From positions 1-64,000 of the forward strand of contig NW_021833054.1 in assembly GCF_006345805.1 (NCBI RefSeq): a stretch of 64,000 bases of DNA, given 5' to 3'. Under the pieces are notes generated by a model. It did not search any database. It saw only the letters and a list, made by a program, of their open reading frames with translations, and had not been told where the DNA came from. Made by a program: the position numbers and the translations under genes. Position 1 is the stretch's first letter; the number at the start of each line of letters is the position of its first letter. This DNA is from Octopus sinensis (lineage: Eukaryota). Positions 1 to 12,725 of this stretch are shown here, one piece after another.

Positions 1-139
1 CTTCCTTAAAGTTCAATATGTAACAATTATCATTGTTGTTATCCAACTCTAAGCAGGGAGTTTTTGTTTTTTTTGCTACAAACCAGCTCCTTCATTCTAG
101 AAAGAATATTAATGAATAAAAAGGAAAAGTAACATAAAT

Positions 140-335
140 CATCATCATCATCATTGTTTAATGTTCGTTTTCCATGCTGGCATGGGTTGAACGATTTGAG
201 TGAGGTCTGGAGAGCCAGTGGCTGCACCAGGCTCCAATCTGATCTGGCAATGTTTCTACAGCTGGATGCCCTTCCTAATACCAACCACTCTCAAAGTGTA
301 GTGGGTGCTTTTTACGTGCCAACCAGGGGGTGCTG
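140..335 (+). mobile_element. Short retroposon with (ATC)n tail (RTE 3'-end family)
   Basis: catcatcat-gtttaa..ttccatgctggcatgggtt...ctggatgcccttcctaa..ccaacc. Further copies at about 2320, 7420-7870, 17790, 19385, 22600, 23310, 25490, 29160, 29710, 32430, 34700, 45100 and 56610. Confidence 0.85.
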
Positions 336-384
336 AAAAGGTCCAGGCTTTGGGTAAAAGAAAATACAGGAGGATAAGTTAATT

Positions 385-540
385 ATGATTTTATTTATCA
401 TATTCCTCTCTCAGATTCATACACTTATTGCAGTGTTCTTCCAGTTTTTCTAAGCCCTGTAAAAGGAATTTGGAATTTGGGCCTCCATCCAGGCCTTTTG
501 CAATACCCTTAAAGCCAGGGACTTTTTAGCATCCACTTGT
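385..540 (-). mobile_element. Mariner transposase C-terminal remnant
   Basis: Minus-strand translation FLLQGLEKLEEHCNKCMNLRGEY resembles the mariner C-terminus (F..GI.KL..R..KC...G.Y). Confidence 0.5.
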
Positions 541-731
541 ATATACATACACACACACATCTTGATAATACTAAAACACTAAGGATGTTTGTGTGTAAGT
601 GAAATCACTCAGAAATAGTATATTTTTATCTTAATTTTTTTACATATTTATTTTCATACTTACCTTTGGCAGAGCAGTACAAATTTTTGTGACATTTGGA
701 CCTCTATTTAAATGATTAAACACAATTTTTG

Positions 732-1309
732 ACTTGACTTGACTTGACTTGACAGTATTCACCTGGGGTGGGTTGACCAGGCCTGGCAATTTGAGGCTAA
801 TGACCGCGTGATCTCCAACCACTCCTTATTCCAGCAGCAAACACCGTAGATATGGAGGCCTAGGTTGGGTTCCAGATAAGCCTTGACTGTCATCAGCCAG
901 GCTTTTCGTTGTCCACCACATTGCTTTCGCCAACCCTGAAGGGGAGCTGGGGCAATTGCTTCGTAGATGAATTCTCCTGGTTGACGATGGAGGGCATGAC
1001 CCAGCCAACGAAGACGTCTCATTAGGATGACTTGTCGGAGGGGTGGGGGGGGATTCTGCACTGGTGTCGCACCGAATTTTTGGAGACGAAGTGATGCCAT
1101 CGGACACGAAGGATGCGGTGTAGACAGAGGTGATTGAAGGATTCTAGTCACTTAATATCTTCCAGACAAAGCAATGGTGATATTCTTGAAGAGGTTGAGA
1201 GTTTCAAATACCTTGGCACCATCATTAAAGCTACAGGTCAAGGTGAGGCTGACATTAAAACATAAATCGACCTCGCTCACCAAGCCTTCAACCGACTCAG
1301 TGCACGAAG
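732..1309 (-). mobile_element. RTE-clade LINE 3' fragment with inverted 5' segment
   Basis: Minus strand: LESFNHLCLHRILRVRW (frameshift) RRLRWLGHALHR, with a (GTCAA)n tail. Plus strand about 1160-1309: GDILEEVESFKYLGTII...AFNRL. TSD cacaatttttg (721-731) / cataatttttg (1310-1320). Confidence 0.85.
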
Positions 1310-1619
1310 CATAATTTTTGTTATTTCTTGTAAAAATACATGGCTTCTGTAATGTCAGCACACATACACACATATAATGTCATGGTGTGTCAATCAACAC
1401 AAACATACATCTACTATCTGTCTTCACGCTCTCTAAGAAAAAAAAATGTCGACTTTTTGACATACACAATATTTTCATCATTTAGAAATAATTTTAACAA
1501 TGTTATTTCATTATCCGGAGTGTGTTAATTTCCATAAAAAACTTTTATTTATTTACTTTTGTTTTAAAATGAAAGACAGGCGAAAGTGAAAGATGTATGC
1601 GCGTGTATATGAAATGGAA

Positions 1620-1827
1620 GTGTGTGTGAAAGAAAGAGAGAGAGAGAGAGGAAGAGAGAAAAGAAGAAAGAGAGAGCGCGAGTGAGGGGTGTGTTGTCAT
1701 ATGTATGAACATACATCAATACATATGCATACATCTTTTTTGTATGTGCATGTGTGTGTGTGAGAGAGAGAGGGAGAGAGAGTCTGAGTGAGTGAATGTG
1801 TGTGTTCTCATGTATGTGTGACACTCA

Positions 1828-1902
<75 letters not shown>

Positions 1903-1905
1903 TCA
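1620..1905. repeat. Compound (GA/TG/CT/CA)n microsatellites; representative of many (e.g. 5800-5935, 10555-10880, 27530-27950, 42510-42690, 45925-46040, 47040-47350, 58245-58345, 58770-59195)
   Basis: Direct inspection. Confidence 0.95.
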
Positions 1906-2173
1906 ATTTCACATACACATTCATACATCTTTCACTTTCTCCTCTCTGTCACTTTAAAACAAAAGTAGCAGGTGATTTTCAGGATAAAAATTGTTAAGAA
2001 AAAGCTTCTACCCATGTAAATTAATTACTATTGCTTGGATAGCTCCAATTGAATAAGGCCAGAAGTTAGGTTAAATATACGTACATGCATAAGTACCGTG
2101 AATTCCCATTCTACAAAATGGCAAACAATTCCATGAATACTTTACTGGGCAACACCAGGTAGTAAGTCAGGTG

Positions 2174-2226
<53 letters not shown>

Positions 2227-2643
2227 CTGTTTGTATGTATGTATGTATACACACACATACACATTCATACATACATACCTCCAACTGTAGAAACCTAGCT
2301 AAATTAGACTGATACCTGGTGCAGATCTCCCATTTGCCAGCTCTGGTCTAACCGTCCAACTCATGCCAGCATGGAAAACAGCCGTTAAAGGATGATGATG
2401 ATGATGGTACACACACATATATGCACACACACATACATGCAAATATATATACACACATACATATGTATATACACACATATACACACAAGACAGGTTTAAT
2501 AATGTGAGGTGAAAATAAAATTTACCAGTGAAACTACATACATGATAAATGGGCCCAAATTTAGGTATTTAGATAATCAGGAACATTGATATTTCAAAGA
2601 CACTTCAACTGGTCACACCAAAGTATTTAATACGCTGACTTAC

Positions 2644-2726
2644 CATTGTACTATAAGTATGGTGATGATGATGATAGCAGATATTATATCAACTAAAACC
2701 CATGTCATAAGATATGTTCCTGGAGT
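2644..2726 (-). CDS. GDPD5: GDPD exon, last TM (TPGTYLMTWVLVDIISAIIIITILIVQ-tg)
   Basis: tcttccag acceptor, gtaagt donor, phase 0 to 2; family motif P..Y..MW...D..S. Confidence 0.93.
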
Positions 2727-3004
2727 CTGGAAGATAACATAAAAGAAAATTAAATATTTGGACTGTTATTATTATTAGTATTACTAATGCAATGAGCAAG
2801 CAAATATGATAGCATGTCAAACAAAATGTCTAGCAGCGCTCTAAGTTCCAAGTTCAAATTCTAATGAGGTTACCTTTGCTTTTCAACCTTTTTGGGGGTC
2901 AATAAAATAAATGCCAGTGAAGCACAGGTTGATGTAATCAACTAGCCCTTACCCCTAAAATTGCTGGCTTTATGCTACAACATGAAAGGATTATTTTATT
3001 ATTA

Positions 3005-3170
3005 TTATCATTATTATTGATATTATTATTATAGACGTCGCACAGTATACAACAAGGACCTCAGACAGACAGTACTTTACGCAATATACTTGCAGTTCCA
3101 AGTAATGCTGACTTTTGCAATACACCTAAATTGTAGGGCATTTCTAAAGTTTGAAGGTGTTTTTCAGATT
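3005..3170 (-). mobile_element. R4/Dong-like LINE 3' end with (TAA)n tail
   Basis: Minus-strand LQKSALLGTASILRKVLSV* next to an (ATT)n array. Confidence 0.65.
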
Positions 3171-3171
3171 A

Positions 3172-3425
3172 AGGAGCTGAGCTGGTAGAATCGTTAGCAT
3201 GCCAGGCGATATACTTAACAGTATTTCGTTTGTTGCTATGTTCCAAGTTCAAATTCCACCAGGGTCGATTTTGCCTTTCATCTTTTCAGGGTAATTAATT
3301 TACATGGGTAGAAGCTTTTCAGGGTCGATTAAATAAGTACCAGTTATGCACTGGGGTCCATGTAACCCACCTTAGTACCTTCCTCCATATTTGAGGCCTT
3401 ATGCTTCCAATAAAAAGGATTATTA
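3172..3425 (+). mobile_element. tRNA-like SINE (gagctggcagaatcgttagc family) carrying a 33-bp insertion
   Basis: Homologous to copies at about 2790-3000, 8500-8670 (-), 11000-11210 (-), 17060-17280 and 24940-25170 (-); (ATT) tail. Confidence 0.8.
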
Positions 3426-5265
3426 TTACTATATGTTTGACTTTTGCTTTGTATTTGAGCAAGTTGACTCCAAGTCTCACCCAGAGACCTCAAGAGACAA
3501 CAAATTAGAAGTTCATGTTGGTGTTATGACCAGTATTTAGCCCATAGTATTGTTCTAGGGAATAATTAAGAAAACATAAGAAAATTATAAGTTTGTTTTA
3601 AAATTTGAGATTACATAGTATTTTACATAGAATATGGGCAGTTGCCATGAGTACTATCTTTTTGAATTTATGCCATTTGGAGTTTCCTGGTATCTGAGCT
3701 AAGTAGGAATCAGCCCCTTTTGCTATCATTCCTAGGGAACCTATGACAACAGGTATTGTTTTAGTCTTGAGGCACCATATTTTGCCAATTTCTATTTCGA
3801 GATCTTTATACTTGCTCAGTTTTTGGTAGGACTTGACAGATACATTTATGTTGATTGGGACAGTTATATCAATGAGGAGGCATGATTTTTGTCTGAAGTC
3901 CTTCAAAATAATGTCTGGACTATTCGCATCTATCATTCTGTCAGTTTGAACAGTAAAGTTCCAGAGGAGTGAGATGTGATCATTTTCAAGCACTGGAGGT
4001 GGCTTGTGCTCCCACCACTTTTTATCATGGGGCAGGTCCAGGTTTTTTCAAATTCCCCAGTGAATATACTGTACTACTCTATCATGCCTGTTGAGATACT
4101 TTGTAGGTACAGGAAGACTGCACATGGAGACAACATGATCAATGGTTTCATTCTGTTGTTTATATACATGACATGTTGGGCTACTGCCGTTCTTTAATAC
4201 ATTGGCCTGGTAGCTCCTTGTAGTAGGCATTGATCTTTGACTGCTATGATAAACCCTTCTGTTTCTGTTTTTAAGCCAGAAGACACTAACCATTATTGGA
4301 TAAGGGCTTTGTCAACATCGGCATTATTAGCTCTCTTTGGGTATTTGCCACTGAGAGGATTTTCTTACCATTTACCAGTAAGAATATCTAAGGCAGCAGT
4401 TTTAGCATGGGTTTTCATATGCTTAGCTTTATCTGTGCTTGTTTCCAGTACATCTAATTCTGGGATTTGTTGTATTTGGAATTCACCTAGATATTCCTTT
4501 GCCTGTTCTGTTATGATGCTTTCTTGTTTTCGTGCTTTAAGACAAGTTTTAACATCCAATCATCAGAGTTTTTCAGGTAGGTGTTTAGGCTAATTGTGGC
4601 AATCTCCATTGTTAATTTCAGTCGTAAAAGTCCACAGCCTCCCTCTTTTCTTGGCAGATAAAGTCGTTCTATATTCTATGCATTGTCAACAATTTTAGTA
4701 TTTTTCTGTCAAGATTACATATTTCAGTAATTAACCAATTAATGAAATTGAAACTGTAAGTCACAACAGGTATGGCTAATGTATTGATTGCTTCAATTCT
4801 GATTCTTGTATTCAGCTCTGACTCAAGTATTGCCCTTACTCTGCAATAATATTCTCTTCCGACTATTTCCTCATCAGTGAATTTTTGACTCCATCACCTT
4901 CAAATACCCTTAGGTATTTGTAGCTCTCCACTGGTTCTAACTCCTTATGACAGTCTGCTGGTCAAGAATAACATTGGATGTTTCTGTCATTTTTTCTTTG
5001 ATAAAGGTAGCTTTTGCTCATTTACCAAAGCCAAATTGCATCCTGATGTCATCACTGAATTGTTTAACAATTGCTAGTAAGCCCTTTAGTTGTTGGTCAT
5101 TTTTTGCAAAGAGCTCTAAATCATCCATGTAAAGGAGATGATTTATATTTTTATCAAACATTTTATAGCCATATCATACATCATCAAGCAATTTTAAGAG
5201 AGGTATTAAGGCTAGACAAAGGAGGAATGGTGACAGAGAGTCACCCTGGAAAATGCCACATGAAA
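3420..5265 (-). mobile_element. R4/Dong (RLE-type) non-LTR retrotransposon, 5'-truncated and decayed
   Basis: GIFQGDSLSP and HLLYMDDL RT motifs (5265-5100), YKYLG, CCHC-like ETIDHVVSMC...RHDRV, RLE domain PDIILKD..CLLIDITVP...KLSKYKDL...IPVVIG. Many frameshifts; TAA-rich tail. Confidence 0.9.
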
Positions 5266-5330
5266 GTCTTACATTATCATTATTATCATTATAATTATCA
5301 TTATTATTTTTATTATTATTATTATTATTA

Positions 5331-5362
<32 letters not shown>

Positions 5363-5399
5363 TATTATTATTATCATTATTATTATTATTATTATTGCC

Positions 5400-5590
5400 A
5401 TTGCACAGAATCTAATGCTGGAGAGGTACTACAGTTTCAGCTGTTCACTACTAGTGAACTAAAGTAACACCTCTTATTTTTCGAGAACCTCCCAGAGTAT
5501 TTGAGCAGTTCCAAGCAGTGCTGTTTTCTGCAAGTGCTCCACCGTTATTGCAGCCCCAATTTGTTCCACATACTTAATTGCTTGACCGAG
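5400..5590 (-). mobile_element. R4/Dong-like LINE 3' end with long (TAA)n tail (5270-5397)
   Basis: Minus-strand EHLQKTALLGTAQILWEVLEK*. Confidence 0.65.
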
Positions 5591-5815
5591 TAATGCATTG
5601 TGATCTTGAGCAAAACACTTCATCTCATATAGCTCTGTGATCACTTCGACACACCATGCACCTTTTCAGGCAATGTCAGTTTGATGGAAGGAGGGAATTA
5701 ATGCACAATACATACATTTGGTCACTATAAACAAATCAGTTGTGTAGGTCATTCAGCAAAAGCTGAGCATTCATATATTATGGGAGAGACCATCATCATC
5801 ACCATTATTATTATT

Positions 5816-5934
<119 letters not shown>

Positions 5935-6152
5935 CAGTTGTTGATATTATCAGTTATTATCATGCAGTAGTGGCATGATCATCAACATCATGAAATATGC
6001 TTATTTTTCTTCATTGAAAGAAAATTAAATTACTGAAAATTTTAATGCATATTAGAATGAGAAACAGATTCCTAAGAGATTTCAAACTAAATGCAAAACA
6101 TAAAGTTAGACACAAAATTTCAGAAACTTAAAAGGAATTGGTTTAAACTTAC

Positions 6153-6300
6153 CAAATGCCATAATGGTTTTTCAATTTTATTGAGGATGTGACATCTATC
6201 TGTTGCTACAGATTGTACACCCAGACACCAATACAGGGAATACAGCCAGTGTGCATTAACTATGTAGACATTAATAGTGATGTTGGATTCAAGATATTCT
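6153..6300 (-). CDS. GDPD5: GDPD exon (EYLESNITINVYIVNAHWLYSLYWCLGVQSVATD...PLWHL)
   Basis: ttgttttcag acceptor, gtaagt donor, phase 2 to 0; N.Y.VN..WL.SL.WC.GV.SV.TD motif. Confidence 0.96.
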
Positions 6301-6461
6301 CTGAAAACAATAAAAATGAACGTAAATAGTCACCAGTTAGAGAAGTCTAAACATGATTTAACTCTATAGATTTATGCCATAGTATATAACACATTAGTGG
6401 GTCCTACAATCAACATTAACTGGCTAACAAAGGTAAATGGCCAAACTTAACTCTTCCAGGT

Positions 6462-6862
6462 GTAGGCATGGTAAGAAGTTTGCTTCCCTACCACATGGTT
6501 CCAGGTTCAGTCCCACTGTGTAGCACCTTGGATGCTTGGACAAGTGTCTTCTACTGTAGCCTTGCACTGACCAAAGCTTTGTGAATGGATTTTCTAAACA
6601 GAATCTGAAAGAAGCTTGTCATATATATAAGTGTGTGTGTGTGTCTGTCTGTCAGTCTTTGTACCTTACCGACACTTGACAACTGGTATCGGTGTGTTTA
6701 TGTTCATGTGACTTAGTTGTTTGACAAAGGGTCTAATGGGAAAAGTTCCAGGTTTAAAAAAAAAAACTAAGGACTGGGGTTGATTTGCTTGACTAAAATT
6801 CTTCAAGGTGGTGCCCCAGCATGACCACAGTCTAATGACTGAAACAAATAAAAGATAAAAGA
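6462..6862 (+). mobile_element. Abundant tRNA-derived SINE (ggcatggctgtgtggtaagaag family)
   Basis: Box A/B-like head, ggcaagtgtcttctactatagcc core, internal (TG/TA)n, tail ccagcatggccacagtc..gactgaaac. Copies at about 14220, 18920, 21295, 25740, 26510, 31650, 34060, 36190, 41545 and 46640. Confidence 0.85.
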
Positions 6863-6951
6863 TGAATCCCTGAATTGAGAGAACTGGCATTAACCCCTTT
6901 GGCAACAACTCACCAGAGACTATCTCCAGTTCTATCATACATACTCCATGT

Positions 6952-7190
6952 TTAACTCATTAGCATTCAGATTCAAATGTATTCAGATTTCAAATGTAAT
7001 GCTCATTTATTCAGATTGTTTTCAGTTAGTTATGCATTATCTCATACCTTTGAAATTTTGATGATGTGATTGTTTATTTTTTGAATGGCATTACAGGGTA
7101 GATGTGAGAGACTAGTTTTGGCCAGTTTGAACATAAAACAAGTAGAATATTTCTGTCAAATATGGTTGGTTGAAATGTTAAAGAGTTAAT
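6952..7190 (+). mobile_element. TTAA-flanked (piggyBac-type) MITE
   Basis: Ends ttaactcattagcatt / aatgttaaagagttaa; related copies at about 11200-11390, 19835-20045 and 20300-20510. Confidence 0.65.
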
Positions 7191-8247
7191 GTGATCTAAA
7201 TCTATACATTCCTTCAAACTGTTCCGTTAATTTATGTTCCAAACACCAGCTTAATAATGATAAAATTATTTTACTAAATTCTTCATTATTTCAAAATTAA
7301 TTGAAAAAATGGCAGTGTATTTTGACAGAAATACGGTAACAATTGAGTTAACCATTCCGTTGGTGTATCAGTTTAGATGATTAAATATCTTTACTAGAAA
7401 TCTGTAGATAGGATAGACCCAAAAAGATGTGGGACGAAGTGGCAAGAAAGGATCTTCAGATGCTGGGCCTCAATGAGGAGATGACAAAGGACCAAGACTT
7501 GTGGTGAGTTGTTGTACCTCAGAAAACACATCAAGCTACATAAAATCTCAGCCATCTATACATATAGGGATGTCCTTTATAGCCATGTCCACACTCCCTC
7601 TCTCAGCTAAAAGGTGCTTGACTTGCAGGTGCCAGTACCATGTAAAATGCACTCATGCAGCTGCCACATAAAATGTGCTCATGCTGGTTCCATGTAGGAA
7701 GCACCCAGCACACTCTGTAAAGTGGTTGGTGTTAGGAAGGGCATCCAGCCATAGATACCATTCCAAAACAGACAATTGGAGCCTGGACAACTCCCCGACT
7801 GGCCAGCTCCTGTCAAGCCATCCAACCCATGCCAGCATAGAAAACAGATGTTAAACGATGATGATAATTACTATAAACTACTGACAACCAGTAACATATC
7901 AAGCTATCAATAACATGTCGAGCTTATTCACTTGGTCAGCTGTGATTCTCAACAGTGTAAATAACAGGTAAATACCAGAATCAAATTGGTAAAGAATTCA
8001 AAGTATGTACAATGTAGACATTAACTGCAGCAGCATTTTTAATGTTTGTTTGAATGTTCAGGGTAAATTAACTTAAATTGTAAATTCAAAGAGTATGAAC
8101 AAGAAAATGAAATTTGAGAAGACAAAAAAAACAAGAAAAAAAAACAAAACAAGAATAACTGAGTAATGAAGCATGGGATAAATAAGTATAGAGAAAAAGA
8201 ATAATGATAAATTGACAAAGCTATAAAAAAAAAAGATTAAAACTTAC

Positions 8248-8396
8248 AGGATTTCATCTTCACTAAGTGAATCATACCTAGCATTGAAATTAGAGATATG
8301 CAATTTTACGAGATCTTCAACTGGTAGATAACTTGTCCCAGTTTGTGTAAAATTGGTGGTATATGCTGAATGATAGACTTTTGAGAACCACCAAAT
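8248..8396 (-). CDS. GDPD5: GDPD exon (IWWFSKVYHSAYTTNFTQTG...NARYDSLSEDEI-L)
   Basis: tttttatag acceptor, gtaagt donor, phase 0 to 2, open frame; FQQT and N.RY equivalents present. Confidence 0.9.
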
Positions 8397-9839
8397 CTAT
8401 AAAAAGTGAAACAGAGGACAAAAGGTTATTCATAAAATTAGTTGGGATTATATTGGTTTTAAATTTTGGCACAAGGTCAGCAATTCCAGGGAAGGTGGGT
8501 AAGTTGATTACATTGACCCCCAGCAACTCAACTGGTACTTATTTTATTGTTCTTGCAAGGATGAAAGGCAAAGTTGACCTCAGAAGAATTTGAACACAGA
8601 ATGTAAAGGCAGACAAAATAGTGCTATGCATTTTGCCTGGCATGCAAACAATTCTGCTAACTTACCACATTAAATTGGGATTATATTAACTACATATTGG
8701 ACAAATCAATTATAGACGTAGTAGTTGTGTTTAAAAGATCTGAATAGAATAGAAGCCTGGAAAACAAACAAGATAGGAAACACAAGATGCAAATCTTGCC
8801 TCAAGGAAGGATACTTTGTCAAAGAGAAAGGATTTGGGACAATAATAGAAGAGTAGAAACAGCGTATCATAGCACAAGCAGTTGTGTTTAAAAAGTGTTA
8901 GAAGAAAAGTTTGGTTTGATGTTTCCAAATGTGTCAGAGCTAATATTAAAAAATTACTGCCAACCAAACATCATTAAACATTATGAATACAACATTAGAC
9001 AACAGACAATACCACCTCTCTACTACAAACTATTATATTAGCAAAATCACAAGCTAGGGAGAGTATATTACTAACAGTAGTTGCTAAAAATTTTACATGA
9101 AGATAAATAATTTGAAGATTATGGCATAAAAGGAAAACACTCTAGATTCATGTTATAAGTTTTAGCAATATTAACTACTGTATTTTCCAGCCTAAGAGCA
9201 CATACACTACTGGTTAGGGTGTTACATTCAGGATTGTGAGATTGAGGTTTCAATTCTTAGACCATGTTGTGCATTGTTGTCTTGAGCAAAACACGTCATC
9301 TCACGTTGTTCTGCGATCACTTCAACACCTGACATGAGCCTTGATTTGTTGAAAGGAGTGAGCTAATGTACAACACATACATTAGATCACTATAAACAAA
9401 TCAGCTGTGCAGTTTGTTTAGCAAAAAAGCTGAACATTCATACATCATCTTTGGCAGGAGAGCCTATCATTTTCCAGTACAAAAGTTAATGTTGTATATT
9501 GTGTAAACACATAGTGTAAACATTTCATCCTGCTACATTTTGCATAGAACTTTTGGTCCTCAAAACTTGTCCAGTATAAGTTGACCTTTTTTTTGGCTGT
9601 AACTTTTGGGTTGAAAATTCAACTTGTATACTAGAAAATATAATATGCTAATATTGCTAGAACTTTCAATTTTATGTGCAAACTTTTATCCAGGATATCA
9701 ATAATGTTCGTAAAGCACTCCGTACAAAGAAGGAAACTGTGTCATCTATCAACATATAAATAACAGAAACTAATTGACATGTCAAAACTAGCATATTTCA
9801 TACAGATGCAAGTAATAAGAAAGCAAAAAAAAAATCTAC

Positions 9840-10061
9840 CTGTTTAGGAAGAATTCCAGTGTTCAGTATCACATCAACAGCTTTTTTATAAGCTGTATGG
9901 TAATAAGGATTTTCCTTGACTGGGATTTGTACGTCTATAAAAATATTCTTCCCTGTCAAGTTTGCTAAGTCAATCAATTCTTCCAAAGACATAATGGTTT
10001 GGTTATTGTAGATTTCCTTTGTTTTGTCAGTAAGAGATCCAACAACATCCATTGGATCTTC
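9840..10061 (-). CDS. GDPD5: GDPD exon (EDPMDVVGSL...ILNTGILPKQ)
   Basis: attag acceptor, gtagat donor, 222 nt in phase 0; NQ.I.SL.EL..LA pattern. Confidence 0.93.
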
Positions 10062-10802
10062 CTAATATGCAGACAAATATATATAAGAAAGCAAGATCAG
10101 CAGAGAAAACTTGAGAAAGAAAATTATCATATAAAATATGAATCTGTTTAGTAAAATTCTTGGCTTTGGGAAGGATTAACTGGTAGAAATTTAAGATTGA
10201 GAATGTAATGAATATCATGAAGTAAGCATTATCATTAAGCATTATTCATTTGTTTAGTTGTTTATTTTATATTTGGTTTTCTAAACTGGCTTAGGTTAGA
10301 CATGTACTTATTTGAGACAGTATTTTATATTCGAATGCCTTTCTTGTCACCAACCTTTAATTATATTACAAGTACAGGTGTTATTTTTATATTTCACTAC
10401 TTCCAAAATTCAAAGTTATGAGACTTAATGTAAGCACAACACCATATCATTATTCATTTTAATGTTGTTGTTATTATTATAATTAATCAGTTTAGATAAT
10501 CTCATGCAAAGAAGTGGAAATAACAACTACCCACACATACAAATATGTACAAATACTCACACACACACACACACACACACGCGGGTGCGCACTCACACAC
10601 ATACACACATGCTCTCACACACACATACACACACGCTCTCACACACACACACACATGCTCACACACACACACGCTCACACACACACACTCTCTCTATATA
10701 TATATATATATACTTTTGCTGCTTAAAATAAAGCATATTACTCTACCACTGGTATTTGAGTACTCTTTTTTCCACCTTGTTTCACATTTATGTGTTTACT
10801 CC

Positions 10803-10851
<49 letters not shown>

Positions 10852-11839
10852 CTCTCTCTCTCACACACACACACACACATGCACACAGGTTTAGAAATAG
10901 TTTCTGTTTATAAAATAAATGGATAATACTTAATCCTGTTAGCATTCAGATTACACTGTCAAATATAGTCCTTCCTACTAAAGGTACAAGGCCTGAAATC
11001 TTGTTGGGGCAGGACTAGATTAAATTAACCCCAATGCTAAACTGATTGAGTATTTCATCAACCCCAAAAGGATGAATGACACAGTTGACTCATTTTACTA
11101 AACAAACTCAGATTCTAAATGATAGTTTGAACTCAGAATGTAAAGCCAGAAGAAATGCTGCTAAGCCTTTTGTCCAGTATGCTGATGATTCTGTCAGCTC
11201 ACCACCTTATTCTGTCAAATATAATGCTTATTTGCATTGATTTGAATTAATCGTGCATTATTTTGCAACTTTTAAAAATATAACTTATCTATGGAATGAC
11301 ATTGTAAGGTAGATGTGAGAGGCAGGATCTGGCCTGTTTGAGCATAAAAGATGTAGAATATTTGGGCCAGATATGGCCTGTTTAAATATTAAGGATATCA
11401 TACCATAAAGAGTGTAGAACATATGAAATAAATTTAGAACAGACAGCAAAAATGCTGGAAAAAAATCTAGCAGTAAGATTAAAATAAAGCTAAATAACAC
11501 ACTCAAAATTCAACATAACAGAGACATGAGATACCATCCACACTTTTTCCAAACTCTATTATTAGCTGCTAAGCTGGGAAAGTATTGATTTTTAATCATG
11601 CTTTGACTGTGGTATAACAAATTGCTGGTATCAAAACTAAAAGTGAGCCATATCTATTATTATTTATAAATTTCAGTAAGTTTAGCATGATTAAAGAAAA
11701 CGTAACAGGCAATATTTAATCATATAACTGGTTTAAACGAATAAAAAGTACCAACAAGTAGATGTTGTAAGGTGTCTAGTAAATATACAATAGTCACAGA
11801 GTCTCTTTCTCACTCCCCTATATGCTTTTCTCTTTCTTT

Positions 11840-11875
11840 TCTTCTGATGAAGGACTATTGTCCAAAACATTAAGA
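11840..11875 (+). ncRNA. Degenerate minimal type-I hammerhead-ribozyme-like motif (Penelope-type)
   Basis: tctt CTGATGA a GGAC tatt GTCC AAAA ca T T aaga: stems I and II pair; GAAA reads AAAA. Confidence 0.5.
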
Positions 11876-12725
11876 CATTCTCTCTTTTCATTGAAGCATT
11901 AGGCTAACACTGCATTTGTTAAAATTTGTTCCTCTTGCATTTTCATTTTTATTGTTCACTGTGTGTATGTATATGATTTTTCTTTGAGCCTTATTCATTT
12001 TCTTCTTAAGAGAGTTCAAGCTCGTTACTAACAAAGCAACAAGACTTTTTAGTCAAAAGAGTTTCCAGTGTTTGAAAATATGAGGTTGAGGTGTGCATCT
12101 GTTCTCCTAAAGAATCTCAAATGTCTTACATTCCAATCTGAGAATGTCTTACAAATCTTCACTGTGCCATTAACAGATTGGATTTGGAGAATCTGCACCA
12201 GTTTATTTAATCATTTACAAGTGTGTGACTGAGGGTATGTGTGTGTGTGTGTATACATACATGCATACATACATACATACATACATACACACACACACAT
12301 ATATACACACATACATACAGTAGTGCTCTCAACTGGGGTCAATGTAAGACTTTATTGTTAAAATTTATGAGCAAAAAAATGCTTATACTTCTACAATAAA
12401 CAAAATATTTTAGCAATTTTTTTAATACAATTCCTAATAATATCTAATTATAGAAATATAATAGGATTTTAAGAACATCAAATGACTAGGAAACAGGTCA
12501 GGATTGGTGACAGGAAAGGCATCCAGCTGTAAAAATCTGCCTCAATAAACTCTTCCTAATCCATGCAAGCATGGAAAAGGGGATGTTTAAACCAAGATGA
12601 TGATAATCATAAGAAATTTGTATTTCTATATTTATGAATATTTTCAGAAAATTTTAGAACTAAATAAAACTTATTACAAAAATAATGTCCATACAAGAAA
12701 CTTTAAATACTCTTAGATAACTTAC

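Noticed and set aside
445-470. Strong acceptor ttccttttacag|G as the GDPD terminal exon (W-A-stop)
   Set aside because: It lies inside a mariner transposase remnant, with no supporting homology.
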